Shown: positions 1-10,479, numbered from the stretch's first letter. The stretch is DNA of 32,000 bases from Cereibacter sphaeroides 2.4.1 (GCF_000012905.2 NC_007493.2:1650001-1682000); one strand, 5' to 3'. The notes: generated from the letters alone by a model not told the origin. A program made the numbers and translations.

Positions 1-921
1 GCTTCAGCGTGAGCCCCTGATCGGGCACCACGAGACGCTCGTCGAAGAAGAGCTCCATCCCCAGCCCGTCGCATTCCGGGCAGGCGCCGAAGGGCGCGTT
101 GAACGAGAAGAGCCGCGGCTCGATCTCGGGGATGGTGAAGCCCGAGACCGGGCAGGCGAATTTCTCGGAGAAGGTCGTGCGCACCGGCTCGCCCTCGGCG
201 GGCGCGCTCTCGAAGATCGCGATCCCGTCGGCGAGGTTCAGCGCGGTGCGGAAGCTGTCGGCCAGCCGCGTCTCGATCCCCTCGCGCACCACGATCCGGT
301 CCACCACCACATCGATGTCGTGGCGGAACTTCTTGTCCAGCGTCGGCGGCTCCTCCAGCTCGTGGAAGGTGCCGTTCACCTTCACCCGCTGGAAGCCCTG
401 CTTGCGGAGCTCGATGAACTCCTTCTTGTATTCGCCCTTGCGGTCCCGGACGATGGGCGCGAGCAGATAGCCCCGCGCGCCCTCGGGCATTGCCATCACC
501 GCATCGACCATGTCCTGCACCTGCTGCGCCGCGATGGGCAGGCCGGTGGCCGGGCTGTAGGGCGTGCCGACCCGCGCCCACAGAAGGCGCATGTAGTCGT
601 AGATCTCGGTCACGGTCCCCACGGTCGAGCGCGGGTTCTTCGAGGTCGTCTTCTGCTCGATGGAGATGGCCGGCGACAGACCCGAGATATGGTCCACATC
701 CGGCTTGCCCATCATGTCGAGGAACTGCCGCGCATAGGCCGAGAGGCTTTCGACATAGCGGCGCTGGCCCTCGGCATAGATCGTGTCGAAGGCGAGGCTG
801 GACTTGCCCGACCCTGACAGGCCGGTGATGACCACCAGCTGATCCCGCGGGATGTCGACATCGATGCCCTTGAGATTGTGCTCGCGCGCCCCGCGCACCG
901 AGATGAACTTCTGTTCGGCCA
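1..921 (-). CDS. uvrA: Excinuclease ABC subunit UvrA, N-terminal 307 codons; the 3' part lies beyond the window start
   Basis: I translated the reverse complement of 841-921 by hand. It gives [68 protein letters not shown], a typical UvrA N-terminus with Walker A GLSGSGKS. The ATG is at 919-921, and 921 nt is exactly 307 codons in frame to position 1. The ORF is missing from the supplied track because it is open at the window edge. Confidence 0.93.
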
Positions 922-999
922 TCGCCCCGATCCTCGCGATCTCGTCTTCCGGAACGGCGGATATAGAGGCCCGGGCCTGAGTCTCCAACCGCCGGTCGC

Positions 1000-1014
1000 G
1001 AACATAGTATGAAC
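1000..1014. promoter_or_regulatory. SOS (LexA) box of the alphaproteobacterial type, GAAC-N7-GAAC, upstream of uvrA
   Basis: The sequence gaacatagtatgaac reads GTTC-N7-GTTC in the uvrA sense. It lies 79-93 nt upstream of the uvrA ATG. This direct-repeat motif is the LexA operator described for Rhodobacter and Rhizobium SOS genes. Confidence 0.6.
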
Positions 1015-1038
1015 TTTAACCGGATGGCAGGGTTTATT

Positions 1039-2205
1039 TCACGCCATCGCCCTGCGGCGGGCAGAAAGCCACTGGTGGAGCAAGATCCCGGCGAGGCTCG
1101 GCAGCAGCACGAAGAAGATCAGCCCCCGTGCCCCTTGGGCGGCGATGAGGGCCGCCAGAAGAGGCGTTCCGCTGGTGGTGCCGAGATTGCCGAGCTGCGC
1201 CACCGCGCCCGCGGCGCGCGCGCGATCCTCCGGGGCCGGGTTCAGCTGCGGGATGGCCGCGAAGGACGCGCCCTGCACCAGCCCCAGCGCCGCGGCGAGG
1301 CTGAGCGCTGCCGCCTCCATGGCGAGCCCCTGCCCCCAGCCCGCCCAGAGCGCCAGCGTCGAGACGATGGCGAGGCCGAAGCCGCCCTGCACCACCTTCA
1401 CCGCCGGAACTCGCCCCAGCATCCAGACGCCCAGCGTCAGCGAGACGGCGATGGAGGCGAGCGGCATGGCCGAGGCGAGGAAAGCGGGATGCGGCGTCTC
1501 GGGCGGCAGAAGCGTCAGCAGCGCCACATAGACGAGCGTGTAGCAGAAGAAGCCGATGGCGGGCGCGGCCACCCGGGCCGAGGCATAGATCTGCCCGTGC
1601 TGGCGCAGAAGCGAGGGCTGCACGCCCGGCAGGCGGGGGCTCCGCGCGTCGGCGGGCAGGAGCGTCCGCACGAGGAGCGCACAGGCCGCCATATAGGCCG
1701 CATGGATCAGGAACAGCGGCGGGATGCCCCAGGCCGCCACCAGCGGCCGCCCGATCCAGGCGGTGAAGGCGAAGGAGACGGCGAAGAACGAGGCCCAGAG
1801 CGTCATGGCAAAGCCCTGCCGCGCCGGCGGGGCGATCTGCGCGATGAGCACCGGGGCGGACACCACGATGGCGAGATGCGCCAGACCCTCCACCGCCCGC
1901 AGCCCCAGCATGAGGCCCAGCGGCGGCAGCAGCGCCTCGATCAGCGACAGGCCCGCGCCGGCGAGGAGCGCCGTCACCAGCACCCGGCGGTAGCCGAGGC
2001 GGGCCACGAAGAGCCCCGCCGTCGTGCCGAAGATCAGCCCCGCGAAGCCCACGACCGAGACGATCAGCCCGAGCGTCACCTCCGCAGCCCCGGCATAAGC
2101 GGCCGAGATCGGCTCGAAGATCACCCCCACCTTGGAGAATTGCGCAGCCGCGCCCAGTCCGGCGAACCAGAGCACGAAGACCTGAAGCATGGGCGAGCGG
2201 ATCAT
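1039..2205 (-). CDS. MFS transporter, about 12 TM helices
   Basis: This is the 1039..2319 ORF. The protein is hydrophobic and multi-spanning throughout. I chose the start at MIRSPMLQVF (ATG 2203-2205) because GGAGG sits just upstream. The Arg/Gly-rich 38-aa extension to 2319 looks non-coding. Confidence 0.8.
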   Translation of the reverse strand: MIRSPMLQVFVLWFAGLGAAAQFSKVGVIFEPISAAYAGAAEVTLGLIVSVVGFAGLIFGTTAGLFVARLGYRRVLVTALLAGAGLSLIEALLPPLGLMLGLRAVEGLAHLAIVVSAPVLIAQIAPPARQGFAMTLWASFFAVSFAFTAWIGRPLVAAWGIPPLFLIHAAYMAACALLVRTLLPADARSPRLPGVQPSLLRQHGQIYASARVAAPAIGFFCYTLVYVALLTLLPPETPHPAFLASAMPLASIAVSLTLGVWMLGRVPAVKVVQGGFGLAIVSTLALWAGWGQGLAMEAAALSLAAALGLVQGASFAAIPQLNPAPEDRARAAGAVAQLGNLGTTSGTPLLAALIAAQGARGLIFFVLLPSLAGILLHQWLSARRRAMA

Positions 2206-2321
2206 GCCCCCTCCTACTCCCGCGCCCCGGCCAAGGCCAGAGCGTCCGGCACCTGACCGCCCCATGGTCAGGCCTCGCCGGGCTGCCAGAGCCCCACGGC
2301 GGCGAATGCCGGGCCACACAG

Positions 2322-2353
2322 CCCCAACGCAAACGGCGCCCCGGAGGGCGCCG
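2322..2353 (-). terminator. Intrinsic terminator downstream of lpdA
   Basis: In the minus sense it reads cggcgccc-tccg-gggcgccg, a perfect 8-bp stem at 2334-2353, followed by tttgcgttgggg. It lies 25 nt after the lpdA stop. Confidence 0.6.
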
Positions 2354-2377
2354 CCGCAGCCTTCTCAAGAGGAAGCC

Positions 2378-3772
2378 TCAGAAGTGGATCGCGCGGCCGT
2401 AGGCGTCGAGCACCGACTCATGCATCATCTCGGAGAGCGTCGGATGCGGGAAGACGGTCTCCATGAGCTCCGCCTCGGTCGTCTCCAGCGCGCGGCCCAC
2501 GACATAGCCCTGGATCAGCTCGGTCACTTCCGCGCCCACCATATGCGCCCCCAGCAGCTCGCCGGTCTTCGCATCGAACACCGTCTTCACGAAGCCCTCG
2601 GCCTCGCCGAGCGCGATGGCCTTGCCGTTGCCGATGAAGGGGAAGCGGCCGACCCGGATCTCGTAGCCCTTCTCCTTCGCCTTGGCCTCGGTCAGGCCGA
2701 CGCTCGCCACCTGCGGCTGGCAGTAGGTGCAGCCCGCGATCGAGCCCGGCTTGATCGGATGCGGATGCCCGCCCGCGATCAGCTCGGCCACCATGACGCC
2801 CTCGTGGCTGGCCTTGTGCGCGAGCCATGGCGCGCCCGCGATGTCGCCGATGGCATAGAGCCCCTCGACGCCGGTCCGGCAATATTCGTCGGTCACCACA
2901 TGGCTCCGGTCGACGGTCACGCCCGCGGCCTCGAGGCCCAGCCCCTCGACATTGCCCACGATCCCCACGGCCGAGATCACCGTGTCGAACTCCATCGTCT
3001 CGGTCTTGCCGCCGGTCTCGACATGGGCCGTAACCTTGCCGCCCGCCCGGTCGAGCTTCTTGACCGTCGCCTTCTCGAGGATCTTCATCCCCTGCTTCAC
3101 GAACTGCTTCTTGGCGAAGGCCGAGACCTCGGCATCCTCCACGGGCAGGATGCGCTCCATCACCTCGACCACCGTCGTGTCGGCGCCGAGCGTGTTGAAG
3201 AAGCTCGCGAATTCGATGCCGATGGCGCCCGAGCCGATCACGAGCAGCTTCTTCGGCATCCGCTTCGGTTCCAGCGCATGTCGATAGGTCCAGACCAGAT
3301 CGCCATCCGCCTCGAGCCCGGGCAGCTCGCGCGCCCGCGCGCCGGTGGCGAGGACGATGGACTTCGCCTCGAGCTCTTCCGTGCCCTTGTCGGTCCTGAC
3401 CGAGACGCGGCCCTTCCCGGCCAGCGTGGCATCGCCCATGACGACCGTGATCCTGTTCTTCTTCATCAGATGCGCCACGCCCGAGGAGAGCTGCTTGGCC
3501 ACCCCGCGCGACCGTTTCACCACCGCGCCGAGATCGTAGCCGATGCCCTCGGCCTTCAGGCCGAACTCCTTCGCGCGGTGCATCAGGTGGTAGACCTCGG
3601 CCGAGCGCAGCATCGCCTTGGTGGGGATGCAGCCCCAGTTCAGGCAGATCCCGCCCAAGTTCTCGCGCTCGACGATGGCGACGTTCAGGCCCAGCTGAGC
3701 CCCCCGGATCGCGCAGACATAGCCGCCGGGACCGGCGCCGATCACGATCATGTCGAAGCTCTTCGCGGGCAT
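2378..3772 (-). CDS. lpdA: Dihydrolipoyl dehydrogenase (E3 component)
   Basis: Motifs seen: FAD motif GAGPGG, redox-active disulfide GGICLNWGCIPTK, and C-terminal HPHPTLSE. The start was chosen at MPAKSFDM, with GGAGG 5-6 nt upstream. An alternative ATG is at 3784. Confidence 0.93.
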   Translation of the reverse strand: MPAKSFDMIVIGAGPGGYVCAIRGAQLGLNVAIVERENLGGICLNWGCIPTKAMLRSAEVYHLMHRAKEFGLKAEGIGYDLGAVVKRSRGVAKQLSSGVAHLMKKNRITVVMGDATLAGKGRVSVRTDKGTEELEAKSIVLATGARARELPGLEADGDLVWTYRHALEPKRMPKKLLVIGSGAIGIEFASFFNTLGADTTVVEVMERILPVEDAEVSAFAKKQFVKQGMKILEKATVKKLDRAGGKVTAHVETGGKTETMEFDTVISAVGIVGNVEGLGLEAAGVTVDRSHVVTDEYCRTGVEGLYAIGDIAGAPWLAHKASHEGVMVAELIAGGHPHPIKPGSIAGCTYCQPQVASVGLTEAKAKEKGYEIRVGRFPFIGNGKAIALGEAEGFVKTVFDAKTGELLGAHMVGAEVTELIQGYVVGRALETTEAELMETVFPHPTLSEMMHESVLDAYGRAIHF

Positions 3773-3860
3773 CCTCGCCTCCATGGAAAAAGTAGTTTGG
3801 CCTTAAACCATTTCCCTCGCCTGCGCAACGGCCGCCCCGGGAGCCCGGGAGCGCGGCGCC

Positions 3861-4436
3861 TCACCCCCTCAGGCGCCGCACCTCGGCCGCATAGGCGCCC
3901 TCCGCAAGGAAGGCCTCCTCCTCGGGGGTGGAGGTCCGTCCCAGCGCTGCGTTGCGGAAGGGAAAGCGCCCGAAGCGGGCGATGATGGCCGCATGGGCAT
4001 GGGCATGCAGCAGCCCTTCGGTTCCGGTCTCGGGCATCCGCTCCTGGAACAGACGCACCGCCTCGGCCTGATCCTCGGGCGCCTCGGAATGTTCGAGCGG
4101 CAGGTAGAAGAACTGCCGCTCGGGCTCGGGCGCGCCCAGATCCCAGTCCGCCGCAATCGCCTTGCGCGCGCAGTCCCGCGCCAGCGGATCGGTCGCGAAG
4201 GCCTCCGCGCTGCCGCGGAACATGTTGCGCGGAAACTGGTCGGTGAGGATCAGGAAGGCGAGGCTGCCCACCGTCCCTTCGGTCCAGTGATCCAGCCCAC
4301 CGTCGCGCGCCGCCTGCCACAGATCGCCGAACCGCTCGCGAATGGTCTCGTCCACCTCCGGATCGACCGCATACCAGCCCTCGGGCCCGACCTCGCCCAA
4401 CCAGAAGTCGAGCACCGCAACCGGATCGTCCGCCAT
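3861..4436 (-). CDS. DUF924 family protein
   Basis: 191 aa. It contains WF/DFW...FLILTDQFPRNMFRG...YLPLEHSE...HAAIIARFGRFPFRNAALGR, the characteristic DUF924 pattern as I remember it. RBS CAGGAGG lies upstream of the ATG at 4436. Confidence 0.8.
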   Translation of the reverse strand: MADDPVAVLDFWLGEVGPEGWYAVDPEVDETIRERFGDLWQAARDGGLDHWTEGTVGSLAFLILTDQFPRNMFRGSAEAFATDPLARDCARKAIAADWDLGAPEPERQFFYLPLEHSEAPEDQAEAVRLFQERMPETGTEGLLHAHAHAAIIARFGRFPFRNAALGRTSTPEEEAFLAEGAYAAEVRRLRG

Positions 4437-4540
4437 TCCTGCCTCCTGGCTGTCATGGGCGCAACCTGACAGGTCGGGCGCAGGGCGGCAACCGCCTTCG
4501 CCCCGGCGCGCGGACCGCCCTCACCGCGCGCCCGATCCCG

Positions 4541-4591
4541 CTTTCACTCTGTCCAAATATCCCGCGGGGAGTCCGGCCCGCAGGGCCGGAC
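4541..4591 (-). repeat. Dispersed intergenic box, copy A, with adjacent GC hairpin
   Basis: Plus strand ctttcactctgtccaaatatcc (4541-4562), followed by the hairpin gtccggccc-gca-gggccggac (4571-4591). In the minus sense this is a hairpin followed by GGATATTTGGACAGAGTGAAAG. It lies just downstream of the stop of MFS gene 4643..5899. Confidence 0.55.
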
Positions 4592-4642
4592 GGGGGCGCG
4601 CAGCCCCCTTCCCCCGGCGGCCGGAGCGCCGGACGGCTCCCG

Positions 4643-5899
4643 TCACTCGGCCGCCTGCTGCGCCTCCTGCGCCTCGGTCACCACTTCCATGACCGCCCCG
4701 ACCGCAACCGACGAGGCCGTGGGCGCCACGGTCGCGAACGAGCCGGTATCGGCCACCGCGGGCGCCGCGCGCCGCGTCATCCGCCATCCGGCATAGGCCG
4801 CCATCGCGCCATAGAGGATGCCGATGAAGAGGAAGAAGCCGCTCGGCCCCGCCTGCTCCATGATCCAGCCGGTCACCAGCGGGCCGCAGATCGCGCCGAG
4901 ACCGTTCATGAACAGGAGCGCAGCCGAGGCCGCCGCCATATCCTCCTTGCCCAGAAAATCGTTCGTATGGGCGATGAGCAGCGAATAGATCGGGTTGGTG
5001 ATCCCGCCCAGAAGCAGCGCGACCCCGATCAGCCCCCAGAAGGGCGGCGCCAGCGCCACGGTCAGGGCCATGAGCAGCCCCGCCACCACCGCAAGCCCGA
5101 GGATCAGCTGGCGTCGGTCCATCCGGTCCGAGGCCCAGCCGATCGGATATTGCAGCACGAGCCCGCCCACATAGAGCGAGCCGATGAAGATCGAGATCTC
5201 CTGCACCGAGAGCCCGTCGAGCGTGCCCCAGACCGAGGCCATGCCGAACATTGCCGAGAAGATCCCGCCCGTCATCAGCATCCCCACCACGCCCAGGGGA
5301 GACACGCGGAACAGGTCGCGCACCGAAAGCCGCCGCGTCGTCTCGAAGGTCGGCGTGGGCGTGACGGTGAGCAGGATCGGCATGAAGGCCAGCGACACCA
5401 GCACAGAGGGGATCACGAAGAGCGTGAAGCCGGACGGATCGGCCGCATTGAGCAGCGCCTGACTGGTGATGATGCCCACCATCTGCACCATCATGTAGGC
5501 CGACATCGCCTGCCCGCGGGTCTCGTTGGTGGCGGTGTTGTTCAGCCAGCTTTCGGCCGTGATATAGACGCCCGAGAAGCTGAAGCCGATCAGCACCCGC
5601 AGCAGCGTCCAGGCCGTCCAGTCGGGCAGCACCGGATAGACCACGAGCACCGCCGAGATCATCGACCCCAGCGCCGCAAAGACGCGCACATGGCCCACGC
5701 GGCGGATCATGTCGGGGGCCACCTGAGAGCCCACGAGAAAGCCTGCGAAATAGGCCGAGGTCACGATGGCGAGCTGCGTGGTGGAAAAGCCTTCCAGAGC
5801 GCCGCGGATGCCCAGAAGCGAGGCCTGCACGCCATTGCCCACCATCAGCAGCATGACGCCCAGCAGCAGCGGCCAGGTGGCGGCGAGGACCTTGAACAT
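4643..5899 (-). CDS. MFS transporter (YcaD/YfkF-like)
   Basis: 418 aa and hydrophobic throughout. The N-terminus LLGVMLLMVGNGVQASLLGIRG and the following ..TSAYFAGFLVGS.. are typical of this MFS subfamily. Confidence 0.85.
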   Translation of the reverse strand: MFKVLAATWPLLLGVMLLMVGNGVQASLLGIRGALEGFSTTQLAIVTSAYFAGFLVGSQVAPDMIRRVGHVRVFAALGSMISAVLVVYPVLPDWTAWTLLRVLIGFSFSGVYITAESWLNNTATNETRGQAMSAYMMVQMVGIITSQALLNAADPSGFTLFVIPSVLVSLAFMPILLTVTPTPTFETTRRLSVRDLFRVSPLGVVGMLMTGGIFSAMFGMASVWGTLDGLSVQEISIFIGSLYVGGLVLQYPIGWASDRMDRRQLILGLAVVAGLLMALTVALAPPFWGLIGVALLLGGITNPIYSLLIAHTNDFLGKEDMAAASAALLFMNGLGAICGPLVTGWIMEQAGPSGFFLFIGILYGAMAAYAGWRMTRRAAPAVADTGSFATVAPTASSVAVGAVMEVVTEAQEAQQAAE

Positions 5900-5978
5900 G
5901 AACGGCTCCGTGACTTGTCAGGCAGGCTATCATCCGGCCCCCGGAGGGACCGCCGGAAGGCGACGTTCGACGACCGTT

Positions 5979-7019
5979 TCAGCCGCCGGGGATCAACAGC
6001 GACGCATCGCCGTAGGAGAAGAAGCGGTAGTCGTGGCGCACCGCATGGTCGTAGATCGCGCGGATCCGCTCCTGTCCCATCAGCGCCGAGACGAGCATGA
6101 GGAGCGTCGATTTCGGCAGATGGAAGTTCGTCATCAGCGCGTCGGTCACCCGGAATCTATAGCCCGGATAGATGAAGATATCCGTCTCGCCGCGCCAGGG
6201 CCGGATCGCGCCCGAGGCGGCCGCGCTCTCGATCAGCCGGAGGGCGGTGGTGCCCACGGGGATCACCCGCCCGCCTGCGGCCTTCGTGGCCGCGATCTCG
6301 GCGGCGGCGGTCTCGGTCACCTCGCCCCATTCGGCATGCATCCGGTGCGTGGTCACATCCTCGACCTTCACCGGCAGGAAGGTGCCCGCGCCCACATGGA
6401 GCGTCACCTCGGTGAAGCCCACGCCGCGCGCGGCCAGCGCCTCGAGCAGCGGCCGGTCGAAATGGAGCGAGGCCGTGGGCGCGGCCACCGCGCCGGCATG
6501 GCGGGCGAAGACGGTCTGGTAATCCTCGTCATCCTGCGTGTCGGGCGCGCGGCGGGCGGCGATGTAGGGCGGCAGCGGCATGGCGCCGGCCTCGGCCAGC
6601 GCCGCGTCGAACGCCGCGCCCGCCCGGTCGAAGACGAGGCGCAGGTCCGTCTCGCCCTTCTCGGCCACCTCGGCCGAGAGCGCGTCCGAGAAGCGGATCG
6701 TCTCGCCCGGCTTCAGCTTGCGCAGCGGCTTGGCCATCGCCCGCCAGCCGCCCGCAGCCGCGGGCTCCATCAGCGTGACCTCGACGCGCGCCTCTGCCTC
6801 GCCCCGCGTCCGGGTGCCGGTGAGGCGGGCGGGAATCACGCGGGTGTTATTCAGCACCAGCCGGTCGCCGGGCCGGAAGATGCCCACCAGATCGCGCACA
6901 TGCCGGTCCTCGATCCGGTCCCCTTCGGCCAAGAGAAGCCGCGCCGCGGTGCGGGGGCGGGCCGGGCGCGTGGCGATCAGGCGCTCGGGCAGGTCGAAGT
7001 CGAAGTCGGAAAGCTGCAT
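5979..7019 (-). CDS. queA: S-adenosylmethionine:tRNA ribosyltransferase-isomerase
   Basis: 346 aa. N-terminus [23 protein letters not shown], then ..[12 protein letters not shown].., ..LPPYI.., and C-terminal [16 protein letters not shown]...[12 protein letters not shown]. These are classic QueA motifs. Confidence 0.95.
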
Positions 7020-7104
7020 GTCGGAAACCGGGTCGGACGCGGGGGCGGGATGGCGGCCACCCCGCCCGGGACTTGGAGTGCCGGCACGGGGAAGGCAAGG
7101 GCGA

Positions 7105-10100
7105 TCAGGGCAGAACCGGCACCGGTCGGCGAAAGATCTCGCGGAACATGCCGGGCGTGAGGATCGAGAGCGGGTTCACCGAGACGGCCGGGCGGTCGGC
7201 CGATCCGGTCACGGAATAGTTGAAACCGAACAGCCCCTCGCCGCGCCGGGTCAGCACCGAGCCGATGCCGTTCAGCAGATAGATGGGCGAGATCACCCCC
7301 TGCAGGTCGAGCCGCCGGTCGGCGGTGCGATAGAGCCCCTCCAGCGTGACCCCCATCGAGGCCCCCACCGCCGAGGCCTCGGAGATCTCGACCGCCCCCG
7401 GCTGGACGCGGAACCGGACATCGCCCTCGGCGAAGAGCAGCCCGTCGCCGTTCAGCTGCTCGAGAAGGCCCACCACCGAAATCGCATTGAGGAGTGCCGC
7501 CAGCACCGGCGCATTCGTCACGCGGAAGTTCGAGACCGCCGCCCGTCCGCGGTAGCCGTCGCGTCCCTCGGGCATGAGGCTCAGGTCGAGATCGCCGCCC
7601 CGCGCATCGGGAAAGATCCCCGCCGAGGCGATCACGCCGCCCGCGTCCCGGGATCTCAGCCGCACGGCGCTGCGCCCGCTCATCGGGACCACCGACCCTT
7701 CGACGACGGCGCGCCCGTTCACCCGTCCGCGGAAGGCGCCGTTGAACCCGCCGCGGGTGCCGAAGCGCCCCTCGACGCCGGTCAGCGCGATGCCCGACGT
7801 GACCTGCAGCCGGTCGAGCGCGACGAGGATCGGCACCGGCGTGCCCCCGCTGCCGCCCCCGCCGCCCAGATCGCCCAGCCGCGTGAGATCGACCGACCCG
7901 CCCCGCAGCTGCACCTCGGGCGGCTGGTTCGCGCCCCGCCCGACCAGCGTCACCGGCGCATCGAGCCAGCCGTTCAGCCGCACCCGGTCGAAGCGCACGG
8001 CATCCAGCCCGCCGTCGGCGCGCAGATCGACCCGGCCCGAGGCCGCGAGCCCGCCCCCCTCCAGCACGAGCTTGCCGACCGTGACCGGCTTGCCCAGCGA
8101 CGCCTCGACCTCGAGCCGGCCCGCGCGGTTCGCGGGCTTCGACCAGCCGATCGCGGCCAGACCCGTGCGCAGCCCTACGAGGTCCGACGAGAGCGTGAGC
8201 CGCGGATCGCGGCCCTTCTCCATCTCCACCCGGAAGCGGCCGGGCGCGCGGCCCTCGACGGTGCCTGCGGGCAGACCCAGCTTGAACTCCTCGACGGCGG
8301 CAGGCGAGAGGGTGGCGGTGCCCTCGACCGACGACCGTCCTTCCGCCTCGCGGCCGAAGGCCAGCCGGTAGGTCGCATCGAACGGCACCCGGCCGAAGCT
8401 GCCCGCGCCGGTCACGGTCAGACCCTCGGGCTCCGCCTCGAGCGCAAGGCGGGGCGCCACGATGCGGCGGCCGGGCACCAGCGTGTCGGAGCGGAAGTCG
8501 GTGATCGTGCCGCGGACCGAGAACTCGACATCCTCGGGCTCGACCTTGCGCTTCAGCGGCAGGGAGAGCGCCGTCTCCATCACCGCGACGCCCTCTCCCA
8601 GATCGACCGAGCGGCCGGCCTTTTCGAGGAAGCGGAACGGCGGCTGGTCCAGCAGCGACAGGGCCGCCGTGACGCCGCTCTCGCTGTTGAGCGAGATCCG
8701 CGCCTGCGCCGGTTTCTCGGTCACGTCCGGCACTTCGAAGACCGAGCGCGTGACCCGGATCGGCCCGCCTGCGGGGGGCGTAACCTGCCCCTCCTCCAGC
8801 ACCATCAGATAGCGGCGATCCTCGATCGAGGCATAGCCCGACCCTTTCTCGATAGGCGGCAGGGTTTTGAGATAGCGCACGTCCCCGTCGCGGAACTCGT
8901 AGCCGAGCGACAGGCGCGTCTCGTGGCCGGGGCTCATGCGCAGGCCGGCCTCGACCTCGAACAGCCGCCCCTCCTGCACATTCTCCTCCAGCCATTCCCG
9001 GGTCTTCGACACCAGCGACAGCGGCCAGAGCGCGAGCAGGTCGGAATGCGAGATCTCGTTCAGCCCGAGGTCGAAGGCCACGCGCCAGCCGCCCGGTTCG
9101 GCCGAGGCATGGCCGCGCCCCGACAGGCGCCGCCCCTGCTCGACCAGCGCGAGCTGCCCGATGTCCACCCGGAACGGATCGAGCCGCATCCGCAGATCGA
9201 GCGCCCCTTCCGAGAAATGGACCGGCGTCTCGAACAGGCCCTCGGGGTCGGCGCTGGCATCCTCGACCCGGATCTGCGCCAGGATCTCGCTCGGCAACCC
9301 GCGCGAGACCCCCGGCAGATAGGCGTGCCCCTGCGCCGAAAGCCGGATCGAGCGGCCCTGCACCTCGAGCCGGGTGAGGTTCAACCGCTCGCGTCCCGGA
9401 TCGTAGGCGAAGGCGAGCCCGGCCTTGTCGAAGGCGATGGGTCTGGTCTCGGGCCGCGGCTGCAGCGCCCCCTCGCCGCTGTCGAGCCCCGCCTCGAGCC
9501 GCGTGAGCCGCCCCTCGCCGTCGAGCGCCGCCGAGAAGCGGCCCGAGAGCGCCGCATCCAGCACCTCGAGCCAGGCCACGGGGGCGGCCTGCGCGGCGAT
9601 GTCGGCAGCCGCCACATGATCGACCGTGGCCGAGATCCGCGCCTCGGGGCTGCCGGGCGTGGTGACGAAGGTCACGAGCGCCTGCGCGGGCGCGCGGCCC
9701 TTGGAATTCAGAAGTGTCAGGCCGATCTCGAGCGCGCGCCGGTCGGGCCCGTTCACCAGCGTGAGACGCCCGTCCCCCGCCTGCCACGTCCGGCCCGCGC
9801 GGCGGTCATCGAGCGTCAGCGTCGTGCCCTCCGCCTCGATCCGCCGGAGGTCCGCCAGCACCGGCTGGGCGAAGAGCCGGTCCACCGTCTCGCGCAGTTC
9901 GGCATAGCTTGCGAGGCGGAAGGTGCCGCCCTGCTCGCCCATGGCGAAGTCGAAGCGCCCGTCGGCCAGCCGGCGCAGCGCGATGCGCGCGCCCGAGAGG
10001 GTGATGGTCTTGGGATGGAGCGCGCCGCGCAGCGCGGCGCCCCGGTCGAACACCACCCGCGCCTCGGGCAGCGTGACGAGCGTGCGCCCGTCGGCCTGCC

Positions 10101-10389
10101 GCAGGCGCACATCGTCGAGCCGGAGCCGCGGGATCCAGTTCGGCTCCACCGTCAGCACGAGCCCCCCGAGCGAGACCGACAGCGCAGGCTCCAGCGCCCG
10201 GTTGATCCGCGTCTCGGCCTCGGTCACCGCCCAGCCGGGCAAGGGCAGCGGCCGCCCCGTGAAGGCCAGCGTGGCAAAACACGCGACGGCCGCCACCAGC
10301 GCGAGACTGAGCAGCAACCACAGCGACGCCCGGCCGCGCCGCGACCGCCCCTTCCGCTCCGATGCCTGCCGCTCGCCGCTCTCTGCCAT
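7105..10389 (-). CDS. Large AsmA/YhdP-like (DUF3971-type) envelope protein with an N-terminal membrane anchor
   Basis: 1094 aa. A basic N-terminus is followed by one TM helix ([21 protein letters not shown]) and then a long beta-rich periplasmic region. The C-terminal part ([15 protein letters not shown]...[13 protein letters not shown]) resembles AsmA-like C-terminal regions. The family assignment is from memory. Confidence 0.7.
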
Positions 10390-10418
10390 CAGATCCTTTT
10401 CCCGAGCATGGGCTTGCC

Positions 10419-10446
10419 TTTACCGGGACTGTTGAACAACTAAAAC
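10419..10446 (+). promoter_or_regulatory. Candidate sigma-70 promoter for bcp
   Basis: TTTACC-N16-TAAAAC, about 34 nt upstream of the bcp ATG. RBS AAGGAG lies 7 nt upstream of the ATG. This is a weak sequence-only prediction. Confidence 0.3.
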
Positions 10447-10479
10447 TGCCGTGACCAGTCCCTCAGCAAGGAGCCGCCC

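Noticed and set aside
6580-10443. A very long plus-strand ORF (1287 aa). Similar long ORFs lie antisense to or overlapping real genes, for example 2189..3985, 1009..2256, 4521..5933, 6977..9787, 16390..18555, 18254..19579, 23311..24762 and 26400..28361.
   Set aside because: Their translations are Arg/Pro/Gly/Ala/His-rich low-complexity strings with no recognisable motifs. Each lies opposite or out of frame to an ORF with clear family signatures. Long spurious ORFs are expected in DNA of about 70% G+C because stop codons are rare.
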